Source: an uncultured virus (IMG/VR IMGVR_UViG_3300033144_003013)
Lineage: Duplodnaviria > Heunggongvirae > Uroviricota > Caudoviricetes
Virus record (IMG/VR): IMGVR_UViG_3300033144_003013
Direction: 5' to 3' (one strand)
DNA: 64,000 bases
Part shown: positions 1-10,456 of the stretch, piece after piece
How positions within the stretch are numbered: position 1 is the stretch's first letter
Layout: each line of letters starts with the position of its first letter
The notes under the pieces: model-generated
The model's input: the letters and a program-made list of their open reading frames with translations, nothing else
What the model was told of the DNA's origin: nothing
The model's database searches: none
Made by a program: the position numbers and the translations under genes

Positions 1-3000
1 ATTATCTATTGGTTGATTGGGACCATAACTATTTATAGGTCTATTAAAGATAAATCCGGTACCTAAACCTGAGTTTGGTTTGGCGTACTCATTAGCACCA
101 TCAAATGTTTCATCTTGGTACTTACCTGACTTACACGTATCTGTTTTCCAAGTATTTTCTTGTGTACCAAACATGTTACCACCTGCAAATTTCCACGTAT
201 AAAAAGGAACCACTTGAGAACCCGGATAATCAAACTGATTAACTAAGAGTGGGTCTTCAGAGAACGTTATTTGTCCTGGACCAATAATTCTTCTATCCGC
301 AACTGTAGTACCTACAGTATTATAAGGACTAATTGTGGAACCTGTAAACCATATAGCAAAAATACCACTATCAACTGCAACTTCATCCTGATAGTTACCC
401 GTTAAATAAGGTAAGACTCCGAATTCTGTGTTAATAGAAGTCATTTGTGCATAGTCTCCATCAACTCTAGAATCAAAAAAACTATCAACAAAATTAATAC
501 CTGTATTAAAATCTCTAGAAAATAGTTTTTGTATAGACGCGTCTCCAGCCCCTAATAAATTTTCCAAGAAAGACGAATCAATCAATCTTGAAATAATAAA
601 TAGATTTAAGACACCTGAAATATCCTGATATGATGTAGACTCAATCTCATCAATTATATAACCTTGAAACTCAGGTGTTAATAATATCTCCTTTAAAAAG
701 TCCGATTTAGGTCCTAAATCAACAATCGTAGTAGGTTGCCATATATTACCTTCATTTGAGCCGATTACTTGTACAAATCCAATACCTCCCGCTTCACACT
801 TAGGTTGAGGTGAAAATTCATTAGTAATGTCATTATAAGGGGCTGACCTATAAAAAAATGAATTACTGTCGGTATTAAAATATATTGGACCACACATTTG
901 TTTTTGAGGACTGAATAAACCTCCACTACCTTCAAATGGGTCTCCACAGTACTTATACCTTTTAACTTCGTTATTACTGTCATAAAAAGTTTTCTTTTGA
1001 AAAGAAGGCATGTACAATGTACCATTTATCCAATTGTTTTGAAACATATGTGATATCACCCCCCTACAAGCAGCAAACATAAATCTAAATCGGGTTCTCC
1101 ATTCAAAGAAATATTTAAAGTCCTTAGGAATACTAATAATTAAAGGGTTGTCCACAAAAACATAACATCCTCCTTGTGTTCTGTCATCCTCATCACAAGG
1201 GTTGGCAACACCGAATTGCGAACCTGAACCTTCATAACACTCTAAAACTTTTAAACCTGAACATTCGAAACTAGCTAACACATCACCAGTCATAAAACCT
1301 GGTTGTGGTTCTCCATCCAAATCGGCCAAACCTCCACTACCATCAGTACTTCCGACTGATGAATTAGGAGTAACCTCTGTACTCACACCATTATCACTCA
1401 CTAACCAATAAGCAAAATTTTCATTTAAATGTAGACAAAAATCTTGATAAGGAGCTAAAGCACCTTCGTCTCTAACTTCTGACGTTGGTAATCTATCTGA
1501 CCTAAAAACCAATTTATCTTTATTATCCATAGCAATTTTAGGAGGGATAGCATTCCACAACCAATATGACGGAGATACTGTGTACAATTTATCATTAGCC
1601 GATAGAACTGTCGTAGGGGAAACATCCGTCCACTGATAAGACGCACCGTCTACTCTACCCTGACCCGCTATAGAGGTACTAATAGACATAACAGGAGGTA
1701 AAGGAGGGTTGTTAAGTGATTGTGTGGTTTGCCCATTAAAACTTCCAATATTACCATATGGCGTTATTGATAAATGAGTACCCCACGTCCAATCTAAGGA
1801 AGCGTAGGATGCTAATGACTGAGTATTAAATGATGTATAATTTATAGTATTTCCTGAAGTACCAGGTACACTATTAGCCATATTAAAAAGATACGACCCA
1901 TGAAATAGTGCCCCTCTAGTAGCATCATTATTTGATGTGTCACTAAAACTAATTGGTAGAACTAAATTAATATCATAGTGAGGTGAAGGTGTAAATTTAT
2001 TTCCGTTAGATAATTCTGTAGCCTCAACTTTTTGTATCGGTATATTAACAAAATAATCCCCCTCAAAAATGTAATTAGCGTTAGTATTATAGTTTTCTCC
2101 AAATATTTTATTTAAATCATATCGTATTCTTTGTCGTCCCGAATATGGGTCTACACCTCTACTAAAAAAATATATCTTAGTATCATTTACGTCAGGATAA
2201 TAATCTATAGGTTTCTTTATTGGGTTAATATCAATTGTTGAGATATTACAAAAATACTGAGAATCTTTATCCAAAAAGTATTTCCATAATATGGAATTAT
2301 TATTATTTGTAGATGCAGATAAAAATGCTCGTGCCTCACCAACAGTTATACTTCCAATAACTTGAAAATATTCTATACCTGATTTAAAGTTATAGGAAGC
2401 CGCTGAGAATGGTGAATATAATTGTATTGTTGATGTTTTTTCATTACCATCCTCACCTATATAAGGACAGTTCACATTTACATAAGTAGATGAATTAAAT
2501 GTCATTGTACCAGTAAATGATTGTGTACCAAATGAATTAACACCTATATTAGTATTGTTTAAATTAGGGTCATTAATTAAATCACCATTATTAAATGTTA
2601 GTATCTGACCAGGACTTAAGTCTATATTATCGTCCATAACAGTTATTAATGGCATATCAAAATATCTATTGGCATTTCCATTACTATTAATAGTACCATT
2701 TGGGGGAAGTGTATTTGGAAATGGATTATTAGTTACCGGATTTACCGCATTTGGGTTATTTAATAAATCAACCCTCATACGATTTGGTCTAGTGTTATCA
2801 AAATATCTAGACCTTTGATTCATTAAATTTAACGATTGAGGTAATGAAATAGTATAGGTAGTTCTGAGTCCATTACCTCCGTCTATTGAGAATGGACTTT
2901 TAATCCACGTATTTGGACCGTAATTATAGGGGGCCGGTGGCTTCACGTCAGGGTCAGGGTCATATCCTGCAAAAATGATAGTATTATTTATTGCCTCTAC

Positions 3001-4932
3001 ACTATCTTCAGGATTTTGACACGCATTACATTCAGTACTACTCGTACAAACGACATCCTCGTAACCCCCTACACTTACAAAATCGGCCAAATTAGAATTA
3101 TTTAAATTGTCATTTGCCTCTACCATACTGTCAAGGGTATCATTACCTTCTGGTGGGTCCATTTGAGTTTCAGAACAACTACATGCTTCACAGTCAGGAT
3201 ATGTTATCATAGGTAATGTTAATCTTTTAAAAGGATTTTCATCAGGTAGCGGGTCTATCCTTAAGTCCTCACAGTGACTCTTTTTTAGTTTACGACTTAA
3301 AAACGCAACAACTTTACAAATCGCTATCACTAACGTATTAACAATCCAAAGTAAAATATTTATTATTAATCTTATTATTGGATAAATTAGAGCCAAAACA
3401 TGCATAATAGGAATTATGACAAAAATTGTTGGTGATATGACTCCGATTAAAATATTAAATAAGAAATATAAAAAGTCGAAATTTCGTTGCCCATCATTTA
3501 CAGGGAATCGATTATTTTCACTCATACAAGCTCTATCGGTAATTTCTTTTATCCCATAATGTGAAGCCCTATTAGCACCTAATTTCCACCTGTCTATGTG
3601 GGCACCAGTAGTGTATACTTTATTATAACCAAAAAGATAAAAGGTATCCTCACATTTAATTGCGGCATCTTTATCTGCATAATCTGACCAATCTAAAGAA
3701 AACGCATAAGAATCATTAAGATTTGTTGCATTACCTGGTCCGTAATCAGGATTTCCTTGCCAATGTTCTTTTATATTTGGAATTAAATAATTAGCTCTCA
3801 TGATTTGACTCTGTAGACCCGCCTCATTTTGCCATTTTACTTTGAAACGATATTTTGATTGTGTAGGTATACCAATACTGGGGTCTGGAGAAGTGACTCT
3901 TTCACCAAATTCATTAGTTGTTACATAATTCATATTCATTGGTAAATCAATCAACCAAGCACCACTATCATCAATCACATTACCTCCGTCTTCTAATTGA
4001 TATTGTTCTAAAACAGGGTCTCCATTTTCATCTTCTTGGATTGTTTGTCTAATGGCGATTATCTCACCAGGACCCGCAACCGTATCACATAGGTTACCTG
4101 TGTCTTTTTTAGGTCTACAAGTGGCTTTTATATAATCATCTTCATTAGAAGAGAATATGGAACCCATAAATGTGGCGTGAGGCAATATTTCCACTCCTTG
4201 GTCACTTAAGTCAAAATCAACTCTTGTTATACCCACATCACAAACATCATCTTGTCCCCAAAATGACGATACATCAATATCCTTAACCTCATTTATAATT
4301 TGAGGTAAAGAATCTATATCTTCAGAATCTTTAAATAACTGTCCGTTGAACTGTGATGGGACCCCTCTACCCATTCTTATTAAATCAGATGGTCTTAAAG
4401 AAAATTCACCCATATTGGATAAATCAAGGTCCATCACTAACTTCTGGTTACCTAAAGGAACACCAACAATCATAAAGTCACCCGACTGATTAGTTCTTAC
4501 AGAATATTTATAATACTTTTCATATACTTGTAGAACCTCTTTTCGAGTCAAAACATCATCTACAGTAGGGAATGTACCAGTTGCATTGTGACCATAATAC
4601 TCATCCTCATAAGGTAAAAGATTATATCTATAACCATCTTCATTTTTTGTTGTAGGGGTTTTATAAGGGTATAATGTTGATATTATTGGGTCAACCTCAT
4701 CAACATCGTCTAATGGTACAAAAATTGAAATATGGGCGTTTGGTATACCCAATCCTCCATTTGCAATTACACGACCAACTACCACGCCGTAATCTGCACA
4801 GAACTGTGTGTATAAATCTTCTTGTCTTAATTTTAAAGAAAGAATTTCTAAGGAATCAAAATCTTGGTCAATTTTAACATTAATGTTTCTATCAACACCA
4901 GGTTCTGTTCTTATTCTAATCGATTTCGGCAT
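1..4932 (-). CDS. Large putative virion/baseplate protein (>1644 aa), truncated at the window edge and absent from the ORF track
   Basis: ATG at 4932 reads MPKSIRIRTEPGVDRNINVKIDQDFDSLEILSLKL. Segments translated by hand were open, including the last codons (…TGFIFNRPINSYGPNQPIDN). It follows the baseplate genes, has a TATTTAT motif upstream and contains an internal hydrophobic block at 3301-3480. Confidence 0.85.
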   Translation of the reverse strand, partial: MPKSIRIRTEPGVDRNINVKIDQDFDSLEILSLKLRQEDLYTQFCADYGVVVGRVIANGGLGIPNAHISIFVPLDDVDEVDPIISTLYPYKTPTTKNEDGYRYNLLPYEDEYYGHNATGTFPTVDDVLTRKEVLQVYEKYYKYSVRTNQSGDFMIVGVPLGNQKLVMDLDLSNMGEFSLRPSDLIRMGRGVPSQFNGQLFKDSEDIDSLPQIINEVKDIDVSSFWGQDDVCDVGITRVDFDLSDQGVEILPHATFMGSIFSSNEDDYIKATCRPKKDTGNLCDTVAGPGEIIAIRQTIQEDENGDPVLEQYQLEDGGNVIDDSGAWLIDLPMNMNYVTTNEFGERVTSPDPSIGIPTQSKYRFKVKWQNEAGLQSQIMRANYLIPNIKEHWQGNPDYGPGNATNLNDSYAFSLDWSDYADKDAAIKCEDTFYLFGYNKVYTTGAHIDRWKLGANRASHYGIKEITDRACMSENNRFPVNDGQRNFDFLYFLFNILIGVISPTIFVIIPIMHVLALIYPIIRLIINILLWIVNTLVIAICKVVAFLSRKLKKSHCEDLRIDPLPDENPFKRLTLPMITYPDCEACSCSETQMDPPEGNDTLDSMVEANDNLNNSNLADFVSVGGYEDVVCTSSTECNACQNPEDSVEAINNTIIFAGYDPDPDVKPPAPYNYGPNTWIKSPFSIDGGNGLRTTYTISLPQSLNLMNQRSRYFDNTRPNRMRVDLLNNPNAVNPVTNNPFPNTLPPNGTINSNGNANRYFDMPLITVMDDNIDLSPGQILTFNNGDLINDPNLNNTNIGVNSFGTQSFTGTMTFNSSTYVNVNCPYIGEDGNEKTSTIQLYSPFSAASYNFKSGIEYFQVIGSITVGEARAFLSASTNNNNSILWKYFLDKDSQYFCNISTIDINPIKKPIDYYPDVNDTKIYFFSRGVDPYSGRQRIRYDLNKIFGENYNTNANYIFEGDYFVNIPIQKVEATELSNGNKFTPSPHYDINLVLPISFSDTSNNDATRGALFHGSYLFNMANSVPGTSGNTINYTSFNTQSLASYASLDWTWGTHLSITPYGNIGSFNGQTTQSLNNPPLPPVMSISTSIAGQGRVDGASYQWTDVSPTTVLSANDKLYTVSPSYWLWNAIPPKIAMDNKDKLVFRSDRLPTSEVRDEGALAPYQDFCLHLNENFAYWLVSDNGVSTEVTPNSSVGSTDGSGGLADLDGEPQPGFMTGDVLASFECSGLKVLECYEGSGSQFGVANPCDEDDRTQGGCYVFVDNPLIISIPKDFKYFFEWRTRFRFMFAACRGVISHMFQNNWINGTLYMPSFQKKTFYDSNNEVKRYKYCGDPFEGSGGLFSPQKQMCGPIYFNTDSNSFFYRSAPYNDITNEFSPQPKCEAGGIGFVQVIGSNEGNIWQPTTIVDLGPKSDFLKEILLTPEFQGYIIDEIESTSYQDISGVLNLFIISRLIDSSFLENLLGAGDASIQKLFSRDFNTGINFVDSFFDSRVDGDYAQMTSINTEFGVLPYLTGNYQDEVAVDSGIFAIWFTGSTISPYNTVGTTVADRRIIGPGQITFSEDPLLVNQFDYPGSQVVPFYTWKFAGGNMFGTQENTWKTDTCKSGKYQDETFDGANEYAKPNSGLGTGFIFNRPINSYGPNQPIDN

Positions 4933-5003
4933 AATTAGTTTTTAAGATAAATAGTTATTCATCTTAATTTTAATTTGATTTTGTCAAAAGTATATGGATA
5001 GAT

Positions 5004-6842
5004 TTAAGAGAAGTCGACATTTTTAAGTGACTTTGCTCTCACTTTAATATCATTGTCAGGAAATCTAATTTGATAAACTTGATTAGGTTGTGCAAATATA
5101 GTGTCATCAACCAATTGAATTTGTTTTGTTTCGTTATTAGAATATCTTTGAGATGTTTGTGAATTTGAGTATCTTCCTCCCACTTTGTTAAACACTTGTA
5201 AATCAGATAATGAAATGACTCCAGGTATATCTTGTACTATCCTTCGTATATCCGAAATGTTCACATTACTACCTAATTGTTGTTTTTGAGGTGAAAAATA
5301 ACTATCAACTGAGTTTATAATATTAGTTATAATTTGTCCTTGGTTTTGAGTTGAGTCCATTACAACCGATAAATCAAACTCTAAATCTACAACATTAGCG
5401 TTAGTAATTGATATATAATCATTAATCATTCGATAATGTGATAAATAATTTGCTATGTTTTGTTTTAAAGTGTTAGACACCGCTTCTGTTAATTTACCTT
5501 GAGTATCATAAGACAATATTTCAATCTTAATTTTATTATCTTCTTCAGTAATCGCAGCCTTAGCAGGTGCACCATATCTACTTGGCATAGTCCTAACTAA
5601 TGAATTATAATCATTAACCGTAACTGCCCTTTTTTGAGCCGCAAAGTTAAATGAAACCATATTTCTAACTTCCTCTGTTGTAGGTAAGTTTCCGCCACCA
5701 ATAGCTGCCGTAACATTAGTCGTCCTTAAACTTTCAATAACATTTTGATTTATATTAGTTGATGGTCCATTGACATCAAAATATGTTGTACCAAACTGAG
5801 TTATTACGTCTACTCCAACATTAGAGGCTTTACCCCCACCTATTCGATACTGTACAAATAACGTTGTATTTGCTTTTACGGTTAAACCTAAACCTATATT
5901 ATTTTGGTAGTCTTGTATTCTTAAAGGAATACCTGTTCTTGTAAACTCTTGTAGTTGTTCTTCAGGTGTTGTAGTCCCTCCCCCAAAGTTTATTTTACAA
6001 TAACCCTCAGGTGTATATTCCGATACAAATCTATTTTCAGTTTCAATATATTTTCCAACTTTAAGTCCAGGTCTATCCGCTGGCTTTGTAGGGTCTTCCA
6101 CAAAAATCTTAGATTCCGCTAAGGCATCTACTTCATACCACTTATTAGGTGCATTTATGAATTCATCATATGTCGGAGGAGATTGATAGTTAACACCATC
6201 TTTTTGTATAATTGATGTTATACTAACAACATTTTTTTCGGGTAAGAAAAACTCAAAAAATGGTCTTACATCATTATTATTTATTACTTTTTTAAATGTT
6301 TTTGTTAAACCGTTAACCACAACCTCTCTTTTTGTCATCGTGTAATTAACTAATCTATTGTTAGAGTCGAAATTAGGAATTTTTGTACGATTAGGATAAC
6401 CCTCACTATTATATTGAGAACTAAAGTCAATATCATTAGGATTTTCAAAAACCTGTCCTGCACCTATAAATTGTGACCCTGCACGCATAACTCCTAAATA
6501 TCTCTCATCTTCTTGGTCACCTAACGCGGGTACTGTAATGGATACATCAACTAAAGCAATGGACGGTCTATTACCTGGTATCTTTAAACCATACGTTCGT
6601 GCAATATTATAAATTGAAGATTTTTGTTGTGCGTATTGTAAAACCGTTTCTTGAATACTCCTATCCATATGATAATGTAAATTATCACCAATAGCGGCAT
6701 TAAGGTCCATAAATACAGAATATATCGATGCGTCATTAAAGTTACCTATTAAATCAGGATAATACTGTTGAGTATAATTTATCAGTTCCTGTCTTAAGGA
6801 TTGAAAGTCTCTATCTGTGTATGAAATTTTACGGTTAGCCAT
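5004..6842 (-). CDS. Baseplate wedge subunit, T4 gp6 / baseplate-J-like
   Basis: N-terminal YTDRDFQSLRQELINY and later AQKRAVTVNDY motifs are typical of gp6-like wedge proteins; adjacent to a gp25-like gene. Confidence 0.85.
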   Translation of the reverse strand: MANRKISYTDRDFQSLRQELINYTQQYYPDLIGNFNDASIYSVFMDLNAAIGDNLHYHMDRSIQETVLQYAQQKSSIYNIARTYGLKIPGNRPSIALVDVSITVPALGDQEDERYLGVMRAGSQFIGAGQVFENPNDIDFSSQYNSEGYPNRTKIPNFDSNNRLVNYTMTKREVVVNGLTKTFKKVINNNDVRPFFEFFLPEKNVVSITSIIQKDGVNYQSPPTYDEFINAPNKWYEVDALAESKIFVEDPTKPADRPGLKVGKYIETENRFVSEYTPEGYCKINFGGGTTTPEEQLQEFTRTGIPLRIQDYQNNIGLGLTVKANTTLFVQYRIGGGKASNVGVDVITQFGTTYFDVNGPSTNINQNVIESLRTTNVTAAIGGGNLPTTEEVRNMVSFNFAAQKRAVTVNDYNSLVRTMPSRYGAPAKAAITEEDNKIKIEILSYDTQGKLTEAVSNTLKQNIANYLSHYRMINDYISITNANVVDLEFDLSVVMDSTQNQGQIITNIINSVDSYFSPQKQQLGSNVNISDIRRIVQDIPGVISLSDLQVFNKVGGRYSNSQTSQRYSNNETKQIQLVDDTIFAQPNQVYQIRFPDNDIKVRAKSLKNVDFS

Positions 6843-6848
6843 ATACTA

Positions 6849-7310
6849 TTAAATATTAATAATTACGAAATCTTTTGATGAAAAAGTACCATTAACTATC
6901 GTATAGTCAATCCTAAGTTTAGCTGTATACTCCACAGCACTGTCGCTAGCTACTCTAAATACTTGTTCTCCTAATTCATCATAATTTATTTCACCAGGTA
7001 ATGGTTCGGCTTCAACATATGGTTCAATAGTAATATCATTTATTTGTAAGTTAGGTATAAATTTATCAACCGCCTGTCTAACATCCGCCTTAATAGCATC
7101 AAATGTTGGTCCATCCATCGGTTCAAAAATAAACTCATAAATTCTAGTACCAAAGTCAGGTAAATAATACCTACTACCTTTTCTTGTTAATATTAAATGC
7201 AGTAAATCCGCCCTAATTTCCTCATCAGGTGATTGAGTTAATCTTAGGTAGTCTCCCTGTAAACTATCTCTAAAAGGAAAAAATACTCCGTATGTTTTAC
7301 CGTCTGCCAT
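6849..7310 (-). CDS. Baseplate wedge / sheath initiator, T4 gp25 (GPW/gp25)-like
   Basis: LILTRKGSRYYLPDFGTRIYEFIFEP matches the gp25 family signature. Confidence 0.9.
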   Translation of the reverse strand: MADGKTYGVFFPFRDSLQGDYLRLTQSPDEEIRADLLHLILTRKGSRYYLPDFGTRIYEFIFEPMDGPTFDAIKADVRQAVDKFIPNLQINDITIEPYVEAEPLPGEINYDELGEQVFRVASDSAVEYTAKLRIDYTIVNGTFSSKDFVIINI

Positions 7311-7354
7311 ATTTCATAAATATAAACACAGATTATTTTATCTGTATATAAACT

Positions 7355-7382
7355 AAAAAAGGTTAGACGAATCTAACCTTTT
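7355..7382 (-). terminator. Rho-independent terminator after nrdA
   Basis: Minus strand reads AAAAGGTTAGA-TTCG-TCTAACCTTTTTT: perfect stem, UUCG loop and U tract. Confidence 0.85.
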
Positions 7383-7412
7383 CTAATAGTGTTTTAGTTT
7401 TTGTGTTATTAT

Positions 7413-9119
7413 TTAACCTTCACAAGCCACACATTGTAAGTCATTTAAATTTAATTTCTTTCTTGCAAATGCCTGTGCCGAGTTCATGGAGTGTTGATAA
7501 TATAGTGTTTTAACACCCAACTTCCATGAATCGATAAGTAATTTATTTACATCTTTAGTTGGCATCTCAGGTGAAACCATTAAATTTAAAGATTGTGATT
7601 GGTCAATATAATCTTGTCTTACCGCCGCTTGATTAATTATAGAAGCCTGATTGATTTCCGCAAATGTTCTAAACACATCTTTTTGTTCATCGGTTAAAAA
7701 GTCTAAATGTTGTACTGAACCATCTTGTTTTTTAATACTATCCCAAACTTTTTTAGTATCTTCACCTAACTCTATTAATAATTCTTTTAGTACAGGATTT
7801 TTAATAGTAACCTTCAATTTAGCAACATCTTTAACATAACAGTTTGACCATATCGGTTCAATTGATTGAGATACTTGACCAAGAATAAACGCTGATGAGG
7901 TTGTAGGTGCTACTGCGTTTAACGTAACATTTCTTCTACCATAACCTTTTAAGTATTCAGGTTCTCCAAAAATCTTTGATAACTCCTCAGAAGCCTCATA
8001 AGATTTATCTTTTATGAATTTAAAAACTTCGACATTAAGTTTTGCGGTTTCTTTAGTGTCAAACGCAAGACCTTTTGATTGTAACAATGAATGCCATCCT
8101 AATACTCCTAAACCTAACGCTCTTTGTCTTTTAGCAAAATTGTAAGCCTTTTCCATATACAAAAACGCCATTTTACCTTCTCTAGTACCATTATCTCTGA
8201 GTTGTTCTAATTTATTACAATATTCGGTAACAACTGCGTCTAAGAAATAAACCATAGTTTGAACAGCGTCAGTATTTTTCCATTCATCATAATGTAAAAC
8301 ATTCATTGATGATAAAACACAAACAAAGGATTCGTCATCTGAATTGTGTAAAGCGATTTCAGAACAAAGATTAGAATTGTAAATCTTTGCCCCTTTATCT
8401 CTATAAACTTCAGGTGAGTTATTGTTCATGGTATCTGTAAACATAATATAAGGATAACCAATCTCACCTCTTCTTTGGATTACTTTTGCCCATATTTTTC
8501 TTTTCTCATCATCACCAGATATCATTTCTTCCATAAACTTATCAGTTACAGTAACTGCATGTGTTAAATCTTGAATTGGAAATCCTTCGGTACCAATTTC
8601 AAGAAACTCCATAATATCAGGATGTTCTACAGGTAAATAAGGTGAGAATCTTCCTCTACGTGTTGAACCTTGTGAAATATTGTCAACCACACTCTGAAAT
8701 AAATTCATAAAGTGTACCGCGCCAGGAGCATGTCCATTATCTGTAATTTCAGCACCTCTACCTCTAATGTTACCAAAGTAACCTGAAGTACCTCCTCCCA
8801 TTTTACTCATTTCACCAACTTCCGCTTGTGTGTATAATATTGATTCGATATTATCACTTATATTAGAACCGAAACAGCTTACAGGTAATCCTCTTCTTTT
8901 ACCAAAATTAGCCCATACCGGTGATGATAAAGAATACCATCCTTTACCCATATAGTCGTAAAATTTTTCAGCAAAACCTTCAATACCTAAAAGTTTTTCA
9001 GCGTGTTCCGCTATTGTCTTTATTCTATCTAAAGGTTCTTCACCTTCACTTAAATAACCTCTACGAAGAAACGTCACCGACTCTTCATTAATCCAATCAA
9101 AAGGTTTTCTATTTTTCAT
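7413..9119 (-). CDS. nrdA: Ribonucleotide reductase class I alpha subunit, compact and without an ATP-cone
   Basis: Motifs PVSCF, SNLCSEI, APTTSS, KTLYY and the C-terminal CVAC cysteine pair. Confidence 0.95.
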   Translation of the reverse strand: MKNRKPFDWINEESVTFLRRGYLSEGEEPLDRIKTIAEHAEKLLGIEGFAEKFYDYMGKGWYSLSSPVWANFGKRRGLPVSCFGSNISDNIESILYTQAEVGEMSKMGGGTSGYFGNIRGRGAEITDNGHAPGAVHFMNLFQSVVDNISQGSTRRGRFSPYLPVEHPDIMEFLEIGTEGFPIQDLTHAVTVTDKFMEEMISGDDEKRKIWAKVIQRRGEIGYPYIMFTDTMNNNSPEVYRDKGAKIYNSNLCSEIALHNSDDESFVCVLSSMNVLHYDEWKNTDAVQTMVYFLDAVVTEYCNKLEQLRDNGTREGKMAFLYMEKAYNFAKRQRALGLGVLGWHSLLQSKGLAFDTKETAKLNVEVFKFIKDKSYEASEELSKIFGEPEYLKGYGRRNVTLNAVAPTTSSAFILGQVSQSIEPIWSNCYVKDVAKLKVTIKNPVLKELLIELGEDTKKVWDSIKKQDGSVQHLDFLTDEQKDVFRTFAEINQASIINQAAVRQDYIDQSQSLNLMVSPEMPTKDVNKLLIDSWKLGVKTLYYQHSMNSAQAFARKKLNLNDLQCVACEG

Positions 9120-9153
9120 ATTATTGTTTTATTATTATTCGTGTATATTTTTT

Positions 9154-10434
9154 TTAAAATAAGTCGTTAGATGTTATCGATTTAGATTTCTTACTATAGT
9201 TTATACTTCTTTTATTAAAGAAATCTGTATGTTTTGTAGTTAAAATCTCATCATCAAACCATTCAGTTGTTTCTAACAAAGTATCGTTAATTTCAAAGAT
9301 ATTATCAAGTCCGATTGAATTTAATGATACATTAAATCTATGCTTAATAAATTCCATTGTTTGACTTTTTGTAAGGAAATCTAAATCTCCTTTTTCAAAT
9401 ATCCAATTAACAATTTCAGTCTCAGCTTCATAAGCCTCTTTAGTCGCTATAACTAAATCATCAACTAATTGTTCAGTCCACCACTCAGGATTTTCTTTTT
9501 TAATTAAATTAACTAATTCAAACCCAAATTCAGCGTGAATATTCTCCTCTTTAGATGTAGCCTCAACTGCATTACTAATACCTTTTAATTTGTTTTTGTG
9601 TTTGTTAAATGACATAATTACTAAGAACTGTGAAAATAGTGATACATTTTCAACAAACATTGAAAATAATACTACAGATTCAAAGTATTCTTTATTATCA
9701 ACCGATTTAGATGTTGATATTGCTTTTTCTAAATATTTAATCCTTCTTCTAACTTGAGGTACCTCTAATAAATTTTCAAATTCATTATTAAGACCCAATA
9801 GCTGAATCAAGTGTGAGTATGCGTCCGCATGTCTAACTTCAGACTCCGCAAAAGTTGCACCAACATTACCAATTTCGGGTTTCGGCATTCTTTTATAAAT
9901 GTCACCCCAAAATGATTTAACTGCGACTTCTATTTGTGAAATCGCTAACATTGCTCTTTCAACTGCAGACTTTTCTTTTTCGTTTAAGTGTACTTTATAG
10001 TCTTGTATATCGGACGTAAAATTAAATTCAGTGTGTACCCAATATGAGTGTCTAATCGCATCAACGTATTCGTTCAGATTAGGGTACTCATAAGGTTTAA
10101 GATTAACTCTTTTTGAGAAAATGTTTGGTTGGTTTTTTGAACGGTAAATAATATATTCTTTTGCTACATCATTTAATCCGTTATCCATTAGTTTGTTTTC
10201 AACCATATCATGAATCTCATCCACATTTGGCACTCTATCTTTATTACCTCTAAACAGTGCCTTAGTCGTTAATCTGGCTATTTTTTCAGCCATATCATTA
10301 TCTACTTTAGAGATACTTTTCATCGCGTTTAATATTGCCGTTTCAATCTTGTCTGATTTGAAAACGACTTTATCACCACTTCTTTTTATAACATAACGTA
10401 TGTCTTTACTTACAGTATTAATTAGATTATCCAT
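9154..10434 (-). CDS. nrdB: Ribonucleotide reductase beta subunit with N-terminal ATP-cone, class Id-like
   Basis: VIKRSG…DKI…AI ATP-cone at the N-terminus; ferritin-like ligand motifs QIEVAVK, EVRHADAY, VENVSLF and EENIH. Confidence 0.93.
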   Translation of the reverse strand: MDNLINTVSKDIRYVIKRSGDKVVFKSDKIETAILNAMKSISKVDNDMAEKIARLTTKALFRGNKDRVPNVDEIHDMVENKLMDNGLNDVAKEYIIYRSKNQPNIFSKRVNLKPYEYPNLNEYVDAIRHSYWVHTEFNFTSDIQDYKVHLNEKEKSAVERAMLAISQIEVAVKSFWGDIYKRMPKPEIGNVGATFAESEVRHADAYSHLIQLLGLNNEFENLLEVPQVRRRIKYLEKAISTSKSVDNKEYFESVVLFSMFVENVSLFSQFLVIMSFNKHKNKLKGISNAVEATSKEENIHAEFGFELVNLIKKENPEWWTEQLVDDLVIATKEAYEAETEIVNWIFEKGDLDFLTKSQTMEFIKHRFNVSLNSIGLDNIFEINDTLLETTEWFDDEILTTKHTDFFNKRSINYSKKSKSITSNDLF

Positions 10435-10456
10435 CCTTGCTAATTTTTAAAATGTT

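Noticed and set aside
765..4877. Three short track ORFs (765-1025, 1455-1646, 4674-4877)
   Set aside because: They are nested in the long minus-strand ORF 1-4932, which the track missed because it has no stop in the window.
4982..4987. Minus-strand TTGACA as a -35 box
   Set aside because: No credible -10 element at 16-18 nt spacing.
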